DNA of 64,000 nt from Botryllus schlosseri. Its lineage: Eukaryota. The stretch lies in contig CM119383.1 in the NCBI GenBank assembly GCA_051294905.1, positions 17,856,001 through 17,920,000 of the forward strand, written 5' to 3'. Made by a program: the position numbers and the translations under genes. The notes beneath the pieces are model-generated. The model did no database searches and had not been told where the DNA came from. It was given only the letters and a program-made list of their open reading frames with translations. Shown piece by piece: positions 13,722 to 26,600 of the stretch. How positions within the stretch are numbered: position 1 is the first letter of the stretch; each line of letters opens with the position of its first letter.

Positions 13722-16700
13722 CAGTGGTTCTCAACCTTTTTTACCCGCGGACTCATCTCAAGCTCGCCAGTATACCCGCGGACTCAAGCTATATATTACT
13801 GAAAAATATATTTTTTTTTCTATCCAGGAGAGTGTAATACGGTATCAACAAAAAATGAGCTAAAATTGAGTCAAGGAAGCTTTCTGAAATCTGTCTTTCC
13901 ACATCTGTCGGCTTTGCAATTCAAGCAACTATTCAGTAATGCAGTCCACATGTCGAGTTCCACTTATATTAGACAACTATAGATTGTTTCTGTGATTAGC
14001 ACATGTCCCCACGATTTGTAATTTTCCAAATAATCTGTAAGTTAACAAGTCGCCATAATCAATTACCAGCACTCATCGTATATCGCGCCGGAAACCTGTG
14101 CAATGTGCTTACGTGCAGGACCGTAACAGCACTTCGTCAGCCCCTCTCAATAACAAAACGTTGGTCTAGGGCAGTGTTTCTCAACCCCGAGTCCGCGGAC
14201 TCAAATGAGTCCGCGGAAGGTCCTTGGTGAGTCCGCGAACACAGGAATTTTCAGTAACTTAATCGGCTCGGCACGCTTTTTCTTCCACTTCCGATATGAT
14301 TTCGGACCATGTAATTGACAGACCTACGGGGCTCGTTCACTTTCGGACCAAAGTCATTGCAGCCTTACGGAGAAAATAGCTTTTTGGTCCGAAAGTGAAT
14401 GAGCCCCGTCCCGGTCCGGTTTCGTCAAATTCCGATTTGAGAATTAGGCCGAGTGATTTGCAAAATACCTATTTTGAAATGTTAGTAACCTTAATAGCTG
14501 TCATGAAAAATGCATAGATACCTCAAATATGTGACTGGCGGCACTCAACTTCAATAGTGCTTTCAGAACTACATTCATTGCAGTAGAATTTATTACCTCG
14601 GTGACTTTTCGGGTTTCCCCCTATCAAGAATTAACGGCACCAAAAAAAGGATAAAGAGTTTGTATACAATCTTTCAATATTCCGCTGATTGTATAATTTG
14701 ATTCTCTAATATCTCTTTATTATGACTACCGGAGTACCGGTACAGCTGACTTTGGCCAGCTACCGATCCTTTTTCTCATTGCATTGTTACGTCATATTTT
14801 GCTAATTTGAATTTTGTTTGAATCTCTTTCTATATGCTTCTTATTGTGCCGTTACCTCTTGTTGATAAGAGGCATACGAAATTCCTGCAAGTTAATAAAT
14901 TATACTGCAGTGAATGTAGTTTTGAAAGCAATATTAGAGATACCTCAATAGGCGATGTTTGGCCACGTATATTTCAAATGCAAGAACAACGAAACAGCAC
15001 CACTACAAATTAATCAGCATTCCAATCATTATTGGTTCTCCTGAGATTTTCTGTGTCTTGGGCAAACCAGTTGGTTGCAAGTATCACAGGCAAAACGGGT
15101 ATGCTTTGCACATCTGTCGCATCATCCTGGTTTGATACCAATCACGCCAGGTATAAAACCCCTATTATCGCCAACTGGAATTTTTCAAAATGCCCTACAT
15201 TTATGTTCGAGGTGGCCTATTGCTAAAATTGTCATAAGCAATTCTATCACGGTCATAAACTCTACAATTTTGGTCGGATTGACATGAATTTAGTACGAAT
15301 GGACTCGGAATTTAATGCTGCGTGTTCACTATTAACAATTCACATACAGAATATCCCAGGTATAAACCCCTGGGACAGCTCTTTATACACACGGTTGCGG
15401 GACCGTAACTGCCGTACACCAAACCCCCATAATTGAGGGGGGACCTCGAAGGGGGCCAAAACTATTCGTGAATTGACATAAATTATAGTGTTTTTTTTTT
15501 TAATTTATGCAACTTTTTATAAAAATTATATCATTATATCATATTCCGAAACGTCTCACTCAGCTCGACCGATAAATCTGAATGCATGAGCAGATATGGC
15601 ATAAAAAATTTACAGCTATATATATATAGATGCAATCCCCGATCCTGTTGACCGATTCAATCATGAATTATGGAATATTTTCGCGCCTCGCGCGGTTTAT
15701 TCGAAACAAAACGACTGAATGAACGGTACAAAAATTTCGCTGAGAAGTGGCGGTAAAAAGGTATCGGAAGGGGGGGGGGCTGGGGGTAAAGCCCACCAAA
15801 AGTTGGGTTTATGGCCTGTGTGGCCCTAGACCAACGTTTTGTTATTGAGAGGGGCTGACGAAGTGCTGTTACGGTCCTGCACGTAAGCACATTGCACAGG
15901 TTTCCGGCGCGATATACGATGAGTGCTGGTAATTGATTATGGCGACTTGTTAACTTACAGATTATTTGGAAAATTACAAATCGTGGGGACATGTGCTAAT
16001 CACAGAAACAATCTATAGTTGTCTAATATAAGTGGAACTCGACATGTGGACTGCATTACTGAATAGTTGCTTGAATTGCAAAGCCGACAGATGTGGAAAG
16101 ACAGATTTCAGAAAGCTTCCTTGACTCAATTTTAGCTCATTTTTTGTTGATACCGTATTACACTCTCCTGGATAGAAAAAAAAATATATTTTTCAGTAAT
16201 ATATAGCTTGAGTCCGCGGGTATACTGGCGAGCTTGAGATGAGTCCGCGGGTAAAAAAGGTTGAGAACCACTGGTCTAGGGCCACACAGGCCATAAACCC
16301 AACTTTTGGTGGGCTTTACCCCCAGCCCCCCCCCCCTTCCGATACCTTTTTACCGCCACTTCTCAGCGAAATTTTTGTACCGTTCATTCAGTCGTTTTGT
16401 TTCGAATAAACCGCGCGAGGCGCGAAAATATTCCATAATTCATGATTGAATCGGTCAACAGGATCGGGGATTGCATCTATATATATATAGCTGTAAATTT
16501 TTTATGCCATATCTGCTCATGCATTCAGATTTATCGGTCGAGCTGAGTGAGACGTTTCGGAATATGATATAATGATATAATTTTTATAAAAAGTTGCATA
16601 AATTAAAAAAAAAAACACTATAATTTATGTCAATTCACGAATAGTTTTGGCCCCCTTCGAGGTCCCCCCTCAATTATGGGGGTTTGGTGTACGGCAGTTA

Positions 16701-17934
16701 CGGTCCCGCAACCGTGTGTATAAAGAGCTGTCCCAGGGGTTTATACCTGGGATATTCTGTATGTGAATTGTTAATAGTGAACACGCAGCATTAAATTCCG
16801 AGTCCATTCGTACTAAATTCATGTCAATCCGACCAAAATTGTAGAGTTTATGACCGTGATAGAATTGCTTATGACAATTTTAGCAATAGGCCACCTCGAA
16901 CATAAATGTAGGGCATTTTGAAAAATTCCAGTTGGCGATAATAGGGGTTTTATACCTGGCGTGATTGGTATCAAACCAGGATGATGCGACAGATGTGCAA
17001 AGCATACCCGTTTTGCCTGTGATACTTGCAACCAACTGGTTTGCCCAAGACACAGAAAATCTCAGGAGAACCAATAATGATTGGAATGCTGATTAATTTG
17101 TAGTGGTGCTGTTTCGTTGTTCTTGCATTTGAAATATACGTGGCCAAACATCGCCTATTGAGGTATCTCTAATATTGCTTTCAAAACTACATTCACTGCA
17201 GTATAATTTATTAACTTGCAGGAATTTCGTATGCCTCTTATCAACAAGAGGTAACGGCACAATAAGAAGCATATAGAAAGAGATTCAAACAAAATTCAAA
17301 TTAGCAAAATATGACGTAACAATGCAATGAGAAAAAGGATCGGTAGCTGGCCAAAGTCAGCTGTACCGGTACTCCGGTAGTCATAATAAAGAGATATTAG
17401 AGAATCAAATTATACAATCAGCGGAATATTGAAAGATTGTATACAAACTCTTTATCCTTTTTTTGGTGCCGTTAATTCTTGATAGGGGGAAACCCGAAAA
17501 GTCACCGAGGTAATAAATTCTACTGCAATGAATGTAGTTCTGAAAGCACTATTGAAGTTGAGTGCCGCCAGTCACATATTTGAGGTATCTATGCATTTTT
17601 CATGACAGCTATTAAGGTTACTAACATTTCAAAATAGGTATTTTGCAAATCACTCGGCCTAATTCTCAAATCGGAATTTGACGAAACCGGACCGGGACGG
17701 GGCTCATTCACTTTCGGACCAAAAAGCTATTTTCTCCGTAAGGCTGCAATGACTTTGGTCCGAAAGTGAACGAGCCCCGTAGGTCTGTCAATTACATGGT
17801 CCGAAATCATATCGGAAGTGGAAGAAAAAGCGTGCCGAGCCGATTAAGTTACTGAAAATTCCTGTGTTCGCGGACTCACCAAGGACCTTCCGCGGACTCA
17901 TTTGAGTCCGCGGACTCGGGGTTGAGAAACACTG
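13722..17934 (+). mobile_element. Outer copy of a 2.1 kb non-autonomous hAT (Buster/Charlie-like) element, split at its position 450
   Basis: TIRs CAGTGGTTCTCAACC (13722) / GGTTGAGAAACACTG (17934); perfect TSD CTCTATAC (13714-13721, 17935-17942). Confidence 0.9.
14172..16273 (-). mobile_element. Inner, inverted, full-length copy of the same 2.1 kb hAT element
   Basis: TIRs at 14172 and 16273; perfect TSD GTCTAGGG (14164-14171, 16274-16281); identical spurious ORFs appear on opposite strands in the ORF track (15032+/16880-, 15075+/16819-, 14003+/15657-). Confidence 0.9.
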
Positions 17935-17950
17935 CTCTATACCAATAGAC

Positions 17951-18875
17951 TAGGGTTACCATATTTTTGTGAAGAAGATTCCGGACATTCTTTAGCGCCC
18001 ACTAGCGGATTTTAAAATGAGGTGTAACACATTGACCGTCAATATGACGTCACACTAGCAAAGCATTGCCCATCGACTGTATACAATACACTATACAGGA
18101 ATGGAGTGGAACATGGTCATGAATTGGGCCATCTGTAAAGTGAGCTCCGGCGATTGTTACTTACTAGGGTCCGCAATAGATTCCGCCACGGGCCGGATGA
18201 AATCATCTGGCGGACCGTGTCTTGCCTGTCAGGATTGTGTTTGACAGCCCCGCTTGTGGGGTCGGTGCGGCTATCTGTTTATGTGTTTTAATCAGGCCCA
18301 AAACAATATTATGGTCGCGATCTCATTTCCCACTTGAAAATGTACCGTGGCAAAGCTCAAAACCCCATAAGCTGATACTAAAAAAAAAATCAGCTTGCCC
18401 AAACTTACTCAGGTCCTAGGAAGCTGATTACATCCAACATCATCGCGATCCCCAGATAAAGTCGAATGACCCCGAAATTTGGAAGCACTGTCTGTGATTG
18501 AAGTATCCAATCGGCCTTAAACAACTCTAGGAATATACCGTTAGCTTATAATTGCGATTCCAATCCGACTTATTTCAGTAAATGATGGTTATTTATATTT
18601 ATTTTGATTGCATTTTTGGTGAGGGTGGTGCCTGATGCTCATACTAATATCATTAAACGTTGCATTAACTCGCGCGCGGCGCGAAAGAACAATTTTGAAT
18701 AGCAAAAATCTGTTTGAAAATAGTAGTTCATATTGATTTACGAAAAACTTTTGAGCGTGCTTCAAGCCTTCAAAATTCCGGACATTTGGGCATATTTTAG
18801 AAATTCCTCCCGGACGCAGATTTTTCAGTGAAATTCCGGACATGTCAGGGACATTCCGGACGTATGGCAACCCTA
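17951..18875. mobile_element. Non-autonomous hAT element (TAGGGTTACCA family)
   Basis: TIRs TAGGGTTACCATA / TATGGCAACCCTA; perfect TSD CAATAGAC (17943-17950, 18876-18883); CCGGAC subterminal motifs. Confidence 0.9.
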
Positions 18876-19988
18876 CAATAGACATAATCCTTATAGTGTG
18901 GTTACTTTACTATTCTTCGAAATTATCACGAAATGTCGGTCTTGGGCATCTGAGTCTCGAGTCATATGACTTGGTTTGAGTCATACGCAATGACTCGGGT
19001 CCAAGTCGAGCCATTTCCGTATTTTGAGAAAATGGCTCGAGTCAATCGAGTCAACAGAAAATCGTGACTCAATTCATCACAACCCTGCCTCTTGGCGGCA
19101 GTGTTATTATCGAATGTAGCGTAGGTGGAATATAGGGAACCTTTTAGGTCGACCGAAAATGTCTGTCGATATTCAGGAGACTCTAAAATGCCACTAAGCA
19201 ACAGATGTGGCCACTATCCGATTCGGGAGCCGGAGTAGGAGCAGGATTTCATCGATTTCTAACGCAGACGGGCAGGATCCGAATTTGGAATTTGCAATGA
19301 AACTGCGATTTTGGCAGCATTTTTACGCTGAAATGTGTAATAATAGCATAATATTGACAGGGTTTTTTTCGGACTCTCTGCCGAGCAACGAGTGTAATAG
19401 GTCAGGGATGCCCGGCATTCATTGCAACATGATACTTGTGACGGCTGTGTCATGTGAAGGCGGTGATTTTTATAGCATATATTATAAATGAAGATTGTAG
19501 GCGTCCATTGGGTAGCAATCGAGTTCAAGATTGCCACGAACAAGTGTGATTGATACTCCCTGTAACAACAAAACACTACGGTCGCAAATGTCAGTGTACC
19601 TCGGAATAATAGCGAGTATACGAGGATGCTTAAGCGTACGTGCGCCATTTATGTTTGTTTACACTGTAGGTGTTGCTTCAGTCCCCTTCAAAACTGCTCA
19701 GCAACATCGTGTTAACATAAGGACATGTAGTTTCTCGCGCACACGGTAAATACAGGCATGGCCTACACGGTGTTCAAGGCAATAACTTATAATCATAGCT
19801 CGAGCATAGTAAACATTGGCGTCCCTGGGACGAATTAATGTTTGACAAAGGCAGAGCTGAAGTATCAATGGAACGTAATATTTGTCAAAGTCGTCTTTTT
19901 ATACGGGCGTTAGGGTTGAGCTAACATTCTAAAATTCCGTTCGCACCATTCGATATGTTTTAGATAAGGATCAGAGACGCTAAAACGC

Positions 19989-20351
19989 GTGGCTAGAATC
20001 GTGCGTCGCGTAGAAATGGATCATAAACCGATTCATGCTGAGGATATTTCCTGCACGCTGTGTGACAACCGTCGGGGCGTCAGTCCAAGTTGCTGCTGTC
20101 CAGAAGACCCGTCGGATCTACAACTTATAACGGAAGATAGGTTCCGTCGTCGCATCGGGCTCAAGCCTCATCAGAAATTATGCTCGGTGCACGCGTCAAA
20201 GCTTCGCAATGGATTGATATTTGGCGGGAGTAGTGTTTTTGACTGCTGCGCTCCGTTTCACGTCAACACAACAAAGAGTCCTGGATTAAGATCAGTGCCG
20301 CACAGCTGGAAGGAGTATTTCCCGAGTCCGACTCCAAAGAATGGAAGGTGA
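19989..20351 (+). other. Cys/His-rich open segment, possibly a transposon-derived exon
   Basis: CTLC, CCC, CSVH and CCAPFH..GLRSV motifs; ends at a plausible donor AG|GTGAGA; no ATG start and no clear continuation. Confidence 0.3.
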
Positions 20352-20699
20352 GAAAATGGGGTTAAAGGGTCGAATCCTATCAGAAATTAACATCGGGTCG
20401 GAATAGGTTATGGGAAACATTCTGGGTAATCGTGTCGAATACTCACTCGGCTGATCACGTTTTTCGGGTTCTAATCGGGCCGTAATATCAACCTTTGGGT
20501 TCGCGTCAGACGGCTAGCTTCCACTTACTGATTTCCTTACTGTTATTACAAGCTATATGATATCGATTAGAAACATGTTTGCTTTCTTGACTTTATGTAC
20601 ATTACTAATCGGTAATCGCACAGGGCTGGAAAGTAAGGGAAAGGACATACAGTTTACTTTTGTCCTCGATGTTTTTGCGGCATACCGATTCATGATATA

Positions 20700-21490
20700 C
20701 ATACACACGATCTATGCATATTGCATATTGCATATGCATCTACCATGGGTGCATGATGTACATTGCGCATATGAAAGGTGCAGATATAGCCTTGCATGGC
20801 TTTCTGAGTCTTGCACCACCCCTCCATGCTTTCCCAATAATGCATGAGTGCCAGGCGGGGAAGTCATGGATACTAGTGTTACTATAGGGCTGGGCAAAAT
20901 CGAGTACCTGAGTGATTCGATTCTGAATCACGTATTACGCTTCGAGTCTAGTCGAGTATTCGAGTATCACTCATTATGACGTCACAACAGAATGTACTGT
21001 GTCAACGTTGAAATATATACCTTTTATGTCACTACAACCAATATAATGCCTGTTATCCGTCATATTAAAGACACTTTTGTATTTTTTCGACCATACCGAT
21101 GTCATTGTACTTCTCGGCAATGTTGTGGGATGATCATGACTTCGAAAATGTGTTGTTTCCAGTAACGTTCGTATCTTTGTACTATGTCTCGTATGCTGCG
21201 ACACGGCCAATCCAATTTTCAAGCCTTCCTCAGTGGAAAATAGTACCAAAACTATAATTCTCGCTAGTAAATTACCTTTCAGTTGCGAAGAGCGTATAAT
21301 TTCAGTACTCGAAAAAATCCTCTTTTACTACTCGACTCGAATCATTAAAATTAATACTCGATTCAGATTCGAGTACTCGAATCATTGTGCCCAGCCCTAG
21401 TTACTAATCAGGTCGTTGACATGACCCGGCCGGGGATCGAACCCGCGACCTGGCCGGACGCTTCGCCATTACGCCATCTTGTCAGCCGAG
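20700..21490 (-). mobile_element. Second tRNA-derived SINE family, interrupted by a hAT MITE
   Basis: Minus strand shows A-box TGGCGTAATGG and B-box GGTTCGATCCC (about 21433-21476); the body CTTCCCCGCCTGGCACTCA appears to resume below 20885. Confidence 0.5.
20885..21399. mobile_element. hAT-like MITE (TAGGGCTGGGCA family)
   Basis: TIRs TAGGGCTGGGCA / TGCCCAGCCCTA; direct flanking repeat GTTACTA (7 bp); TCGAGTA/TACTCGA subterminal motifs. Confidence 0.75.
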
Positions 21491-23693
21491 TGAGAAACGC
21501 ATGGCAATGGTCGAATATGTTGGTTGTACAAAAGTGGTAAATATGCGTTGCTATTGCTACATATAGGTTAGAAATTTAAAAATATATAGAGATCATCGTT
21601 AAATTTGCACAGTGACATATGAATGTAAGGTCAGTACATGTGATGTTTATGAGAGTTACTTGGAGGTACGGAACTTCAAGATACAATTGAATAATATATT
21701 CATATTGAAATGAACGCCGAGATCATTCGAAATTTCATGCTGGTGACGATTTATTTGGTGATACGATTGCTGCTATAAAATGTTCTTGGCAATTCTTCAC
21801 TAGTTGCCGACGATCAACCCTGACAAGTGTCAGTCGAAAATATTCGTTTTTTTGGTATTTCAATATGAATATTTTATCCACCAATGGTATATTTTCATTA
21901 TAGACTATCACAGAAGCATTGGTAGCCGTATGTATAAAGTTTTTAGGACTGCCAGTAGACTCTAGATCAGTACTTCCTAACCTTTTGTGCTCGCGACCAA
22001 ATTTCCGATTTGAAAGTGCCCGGTGACGGTGACCGCGACCCACTTCTAATTACTGTAAGCTGATTACCAAACACAGAACTACTCATAGCCTAGGTCTATT
22101 TGTGAAGCTACTTCAGCTCATTTTAATCTACTCATAAATGACTTCCTTCCTAAACGCTGGAGGTTTATCTAGGCTTCTCTTTGCCACCCGATCCGTGTCA
22201 GCGGTGTCTTACAAAAGTCTAGAAGTGGGCCGTGCTACAAGTCAGCAGATACGGCATCATACTAAAGAACATAGGCCTGATGTAAATGATCATCGTAGTC
22301 TACAAAACGTCGTGAATAGCAAAAACAACAACACCACTCCACTTTGATTTGGTGCACGAAAGTACATCCTATATAGTCGAGAACTATCACACTAAACTTT
22401 TAACCGTCCACAATAGATGTATCAAAAAGGTCAAGTGTCCAAGACAACAGTTCGTTTCGTATAGAATAGGTTGTTCTATCGATGAAGTGACAACCATTGT
22501 TATAGTATAAATTTATCACCTCGTTACAGATAAACGGCATCTGACTTACACAAACAGAGCATAAGATTTCCATACAGTCTCAGACATTTTATTGGCTCCA
22601 TACCTTTGTCAATATGAAGTAATAAATATCACAATATCCACGGAGCGTCTTCTAATGCTTCGTCGTAGCCGGGCCGAAACGGGACTTTGTCAATCCTCCT
22701 TCAAACGCAGGACTGGCTCCACAGAGTGTTTATCAAACTTGTGAGGGTCTACCCTTGTCCCTATTGGGGGTTTCATCGCTACCCTTTGGTTTATACATAC
22801 TGTTCACGAGCACATGCGCTCTTTCCGTAGCGAACTAAGTCCGGTATTACACGTGTTTTAGGTGCCGGAATAAGTGACGGTGAAAGCAATTGACTTAGCT
22901 ATCTACTTCTATCGGCTTACGCGTATTCATATTTTAGTCACGCTAGCCGCGAAAATTTTGTAAGTTGATGAATGAATTTCGTCGACGTTATTGGCGCTTG
23001 CATATCTAATATATTGCTATTTATTATTTATCCTCTCTCAGATTTACCGGTAGCAGAGCTGATGACTGCGATTGTACTACACATTTCATGTTGATGCCAC
23101 AGTCACACGGTTCAAACAGAGATTTGTAGAGCTAGAAATCTCTGAGTTCAAATTATATTCAGGAACGGGCAGTGACAATTGTTTTTTCGTGAGCTCCAGA
23201 AAGTAGGCCTACTGCCGCTACTCAATGATATTGGAATCGTTGACACGTCCCAGACCAAACTAAATCACTCCTTTCCTGTGATCTCAAATTCTAATTTCCT
23301 TACTGGGCGCATTATTTACATCTGCGGGTTGCATTTGTACCGCGGGGCTCGGGTTGTGGGGACAGGATTATTCGGCGTCGGGCATGTCTACGCCAGGACA
23401 TATAAATATCGAAGGTTTCTGTCTATTTGGGCCATGGCTTTATGGCCGACGATATTAGTGGCAGCGCAATTCCCGGAGTCACATGTTGGCCGAGACTTCA
23501 TTTGTCATGGTGAGTCCAGGGGCGGAAATGGCCGACTCCGAAACGCCTGTGCCCATTAGTCACGCACCAGCTGCTTTAGAACCCGAGACCAAAGAAAACT
23601 GGCAACGGATAATTACGAATACAGTTAAACTAATTTATGTTTATTATTTGCCCATATTGGTATTTCGATGATTCATTGTAATTTCACAGTACG

Positions 23694-26600
23694 ATGTTAC
23701 AAGAAATTCATTACAAAGTAATGTTGGGCCCTATTCAAGCTCTCCCCGCCCAATTGGAGTCGGGGTAAGGCAGTTGGACCTTTTTCTACCAGGAGATTTC
23801 ATGCCTCGTGTGTCGGCAAAATTTTTTTGAAACATGTTTGCAATCGTTCACGCTTAGTACATAGTTGTGATTATCTTTGTTTTAGGTACCGCCAAAGACA
23901 AAGAATATGCTGGGACTGTTACGCAGTGGCACTTGAAGTGATAAACTCCGAAAAATTGGATTCCTCGGACGACGAAAGTATTTCGAGTCTTCAATCATCA
24001 GCATCTTTTGATTTCGGGTAAGCAAGCTCCGGGACATCATTTGACCGCACAATCTAAAATACTGATTCGATTTACGGCAGATACGTCAGTCCAAGGAGAT
24101 GGGCGAGCAATTTATCATTATTTCCTGGTAGTCCGCATGGAAGCCAGTGTGGCAGCTCCTGGTCTCTCGCACAGGGCGCATTAAGTCCTAAATCCGCGAC
24201 ACTGAAAGGGAGCCGTCGAGGAAATAAATCTAAAGAACTCGACCGTGCGGGATTTTTGAAGAAAATCGATCAACTAGCGGCCTCATCTAGACGCCACGCT
24301 AGTCTAGATTATGAATCGATAAGTAGCCCCGCGTCTCCAAATGATGTATTCACTTCGGACAACGGATCCCAATGCTCATTCGACTCTAATCACAACATAC
24401 CAAATATTTGCGCTGACGATAAAGAGAATCGTGAAATCAAATCACCTTCTTCGGATAAGTTTGAAAGTCACGATGTCCGTATTGATCCAGAACCATCAAA
24501 GTCACCGGAAGACGTCGGAAATGTATCAGGTATGCAGCATGAGAATGATCATAACACAGACTGGGATTCTTTACACTCTAGTAGCTATCCCCCGACACAT
24601 TGCGCACTTAACCTCGAGTCTACTAACAAGGATTGCATGTTGCATGCAGAAGATTCGCCTCTGGTGCATGAACGCGTAACTTTCGTTTCAAAATATATCA
24701 AATTTATTTATGTAGATATCGCGAATGTATCGAAAGAAAATCAAGAATCGCAAAGTGTAGATAGCGATGAAGATGGAGCTGCGGCGGACCAAAGTGACGG
24801 AAAAACCGGCGATTTTTCGGAAAAAGATATTCCCGAGGATCAATTCAGAAGCGCCGACGACACGGACAAGCACCTCTCGTCAACAAGTCGTCATTCAAAA
24901 ACTGAATTTAATGAGCAATATGACGCTGCACCTTTATTCGAAGAGCAATTAGTTTGCCATAGTCAACACACAGACAGTGTTCCCTTCACTGAATCACCGA
25001 CATCAAGGCTAACTAACGTGAACGTAGAATTACACGCAAACGTACTAGAGACTGACCAACGCAGCATTAGTGACGATAATATTCACAAGATTATATCCGA
25101 TTCTACCCAGGATACAGAAGTCGTAGCAGCCCAGTCGATAGTTCCACCAAATTCACCATGCTATGTCGAGGGCATAATCGCTAAGACGCCGAATTTCAGC
25201 GAAATAAATAACAGTCCGAGTGTCATAAATTGTCCGGCTGCTAAAAGAACCACGGATGCTACTGATGATGCGATGGATAGGGCGAATGAAAATGGCTCAA
25301 CGTCACGCCAATGCGTCGCGAAGCGATCCGATACTGAGGAGGACTGCGCCAGTGGTCACTCATCGGGCTCCGACTGGGTACATATTGAGCCTGTACTTTG
25401 CGCCAGCAAAGCATTTGTCGCACCTTCCGAACTCGCCGAGGGCAATTGTGAAAATAGCGATGTAATTACAGCCGAGCCGACAGCTACCCAAGAAGACAAT
25501 CGACATTACGACGAAAAAATCGACTTACGGATTGACATTCCAGCGAATCATTCTATTTACGACAACGAAAGATTCGATCCGATAATCAGGCCTGAGAATC
25601 ACATGGAAAGCGACAGCAGCCATGATGAATATGTCACCGATGAACCCATTTCACAAACACTGTTACGTAACGAGGAAGAAAGCCCCCCACAGTTCGATCC
25701 CACGCCATCATTATCTACAGCTGACATCGATACTGTAGACAACGCGAAGGAAACACTGAAACCGTTGCCAAGTGCTAACGATGAAAATAATATTCCCAGC
25801 ACCGATACAACACATGAAACTCACACTTTTGACTCGGTTGACTGCGTTCCAACCAAATCAATCAACAGTCAGAGTGATATCTCTTCGGATGAAGATAGCG
25901 GGTTGGATCCTATTGTGGAGGAGCCCCCGTTGAATTTCAATATCACACCTACGGATACAAGTGAAAGTGATAGCAACTCGACGTATCAAAATGCCGAAGA
26001 AAACTTACCGTATCAGCAAATTAACGACGAAAACCACCGCAGCCTGAACGACGAGGCCGGTGTCGGCTTACCTCGCCACACAGTATCGAGGAAATTCGAT
26101 ATTTCACAACACGGTGAAGTTCCACCGTTCTTGTACATGCATGAAAGGCGCAAGGTTCGATTTGAAGACACGACGCCACAGAATGTTATCTCTGGACGCG
26201 GACTACAGACACCGAGTGAACAATTATCAATCGCGGAGGATCCTAGAGGCAGGACCTCACCGCAGTCAGCGGCGAAGACAGACTTGTACAAACACTTACA
26301 TGGGTCGAAAGACAGTGCCCCTAGCTCATCAAGCAGCGACAATGACGCTGAATTCAACGGGCATGATAATCATGATGGAAATAACGCTCACATCGCTAAT
26401 GAAACCAAAAATGAAGAATTGCGAAGCAACAATAATCAACGGTATGAAAACAATGAGGTGCAACTACTTCGTCGAAGGGCAAAAAACAATCGATCGCTTT
26501 CGATGGATCTAACAAATGGCACGGGTTCCAGCAAAATGCCCCGAGCGTCAACCGTATCCGACGCAATCAGTGACAACAGACGGGACGCCTGGAAGGATAG

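Noticed and set aside
15032-17074. Duplicated ORF pairs of 64-111 aa as genes
   Set aside because: They are by-products of the inverted duplication of a non-coding transposon; no recognisable domains.
21407-21490. tRNA gene (also the heads near 5000 and 56000)
   Set aside because: A/B boxes are present but there is no complete cloverleaf, and each continues into a dispersed SINE body.
22650-22700. Second hammerhead near GGCCGAAACG
   Set aside because: No CUGANGA core upstream on the same strand.
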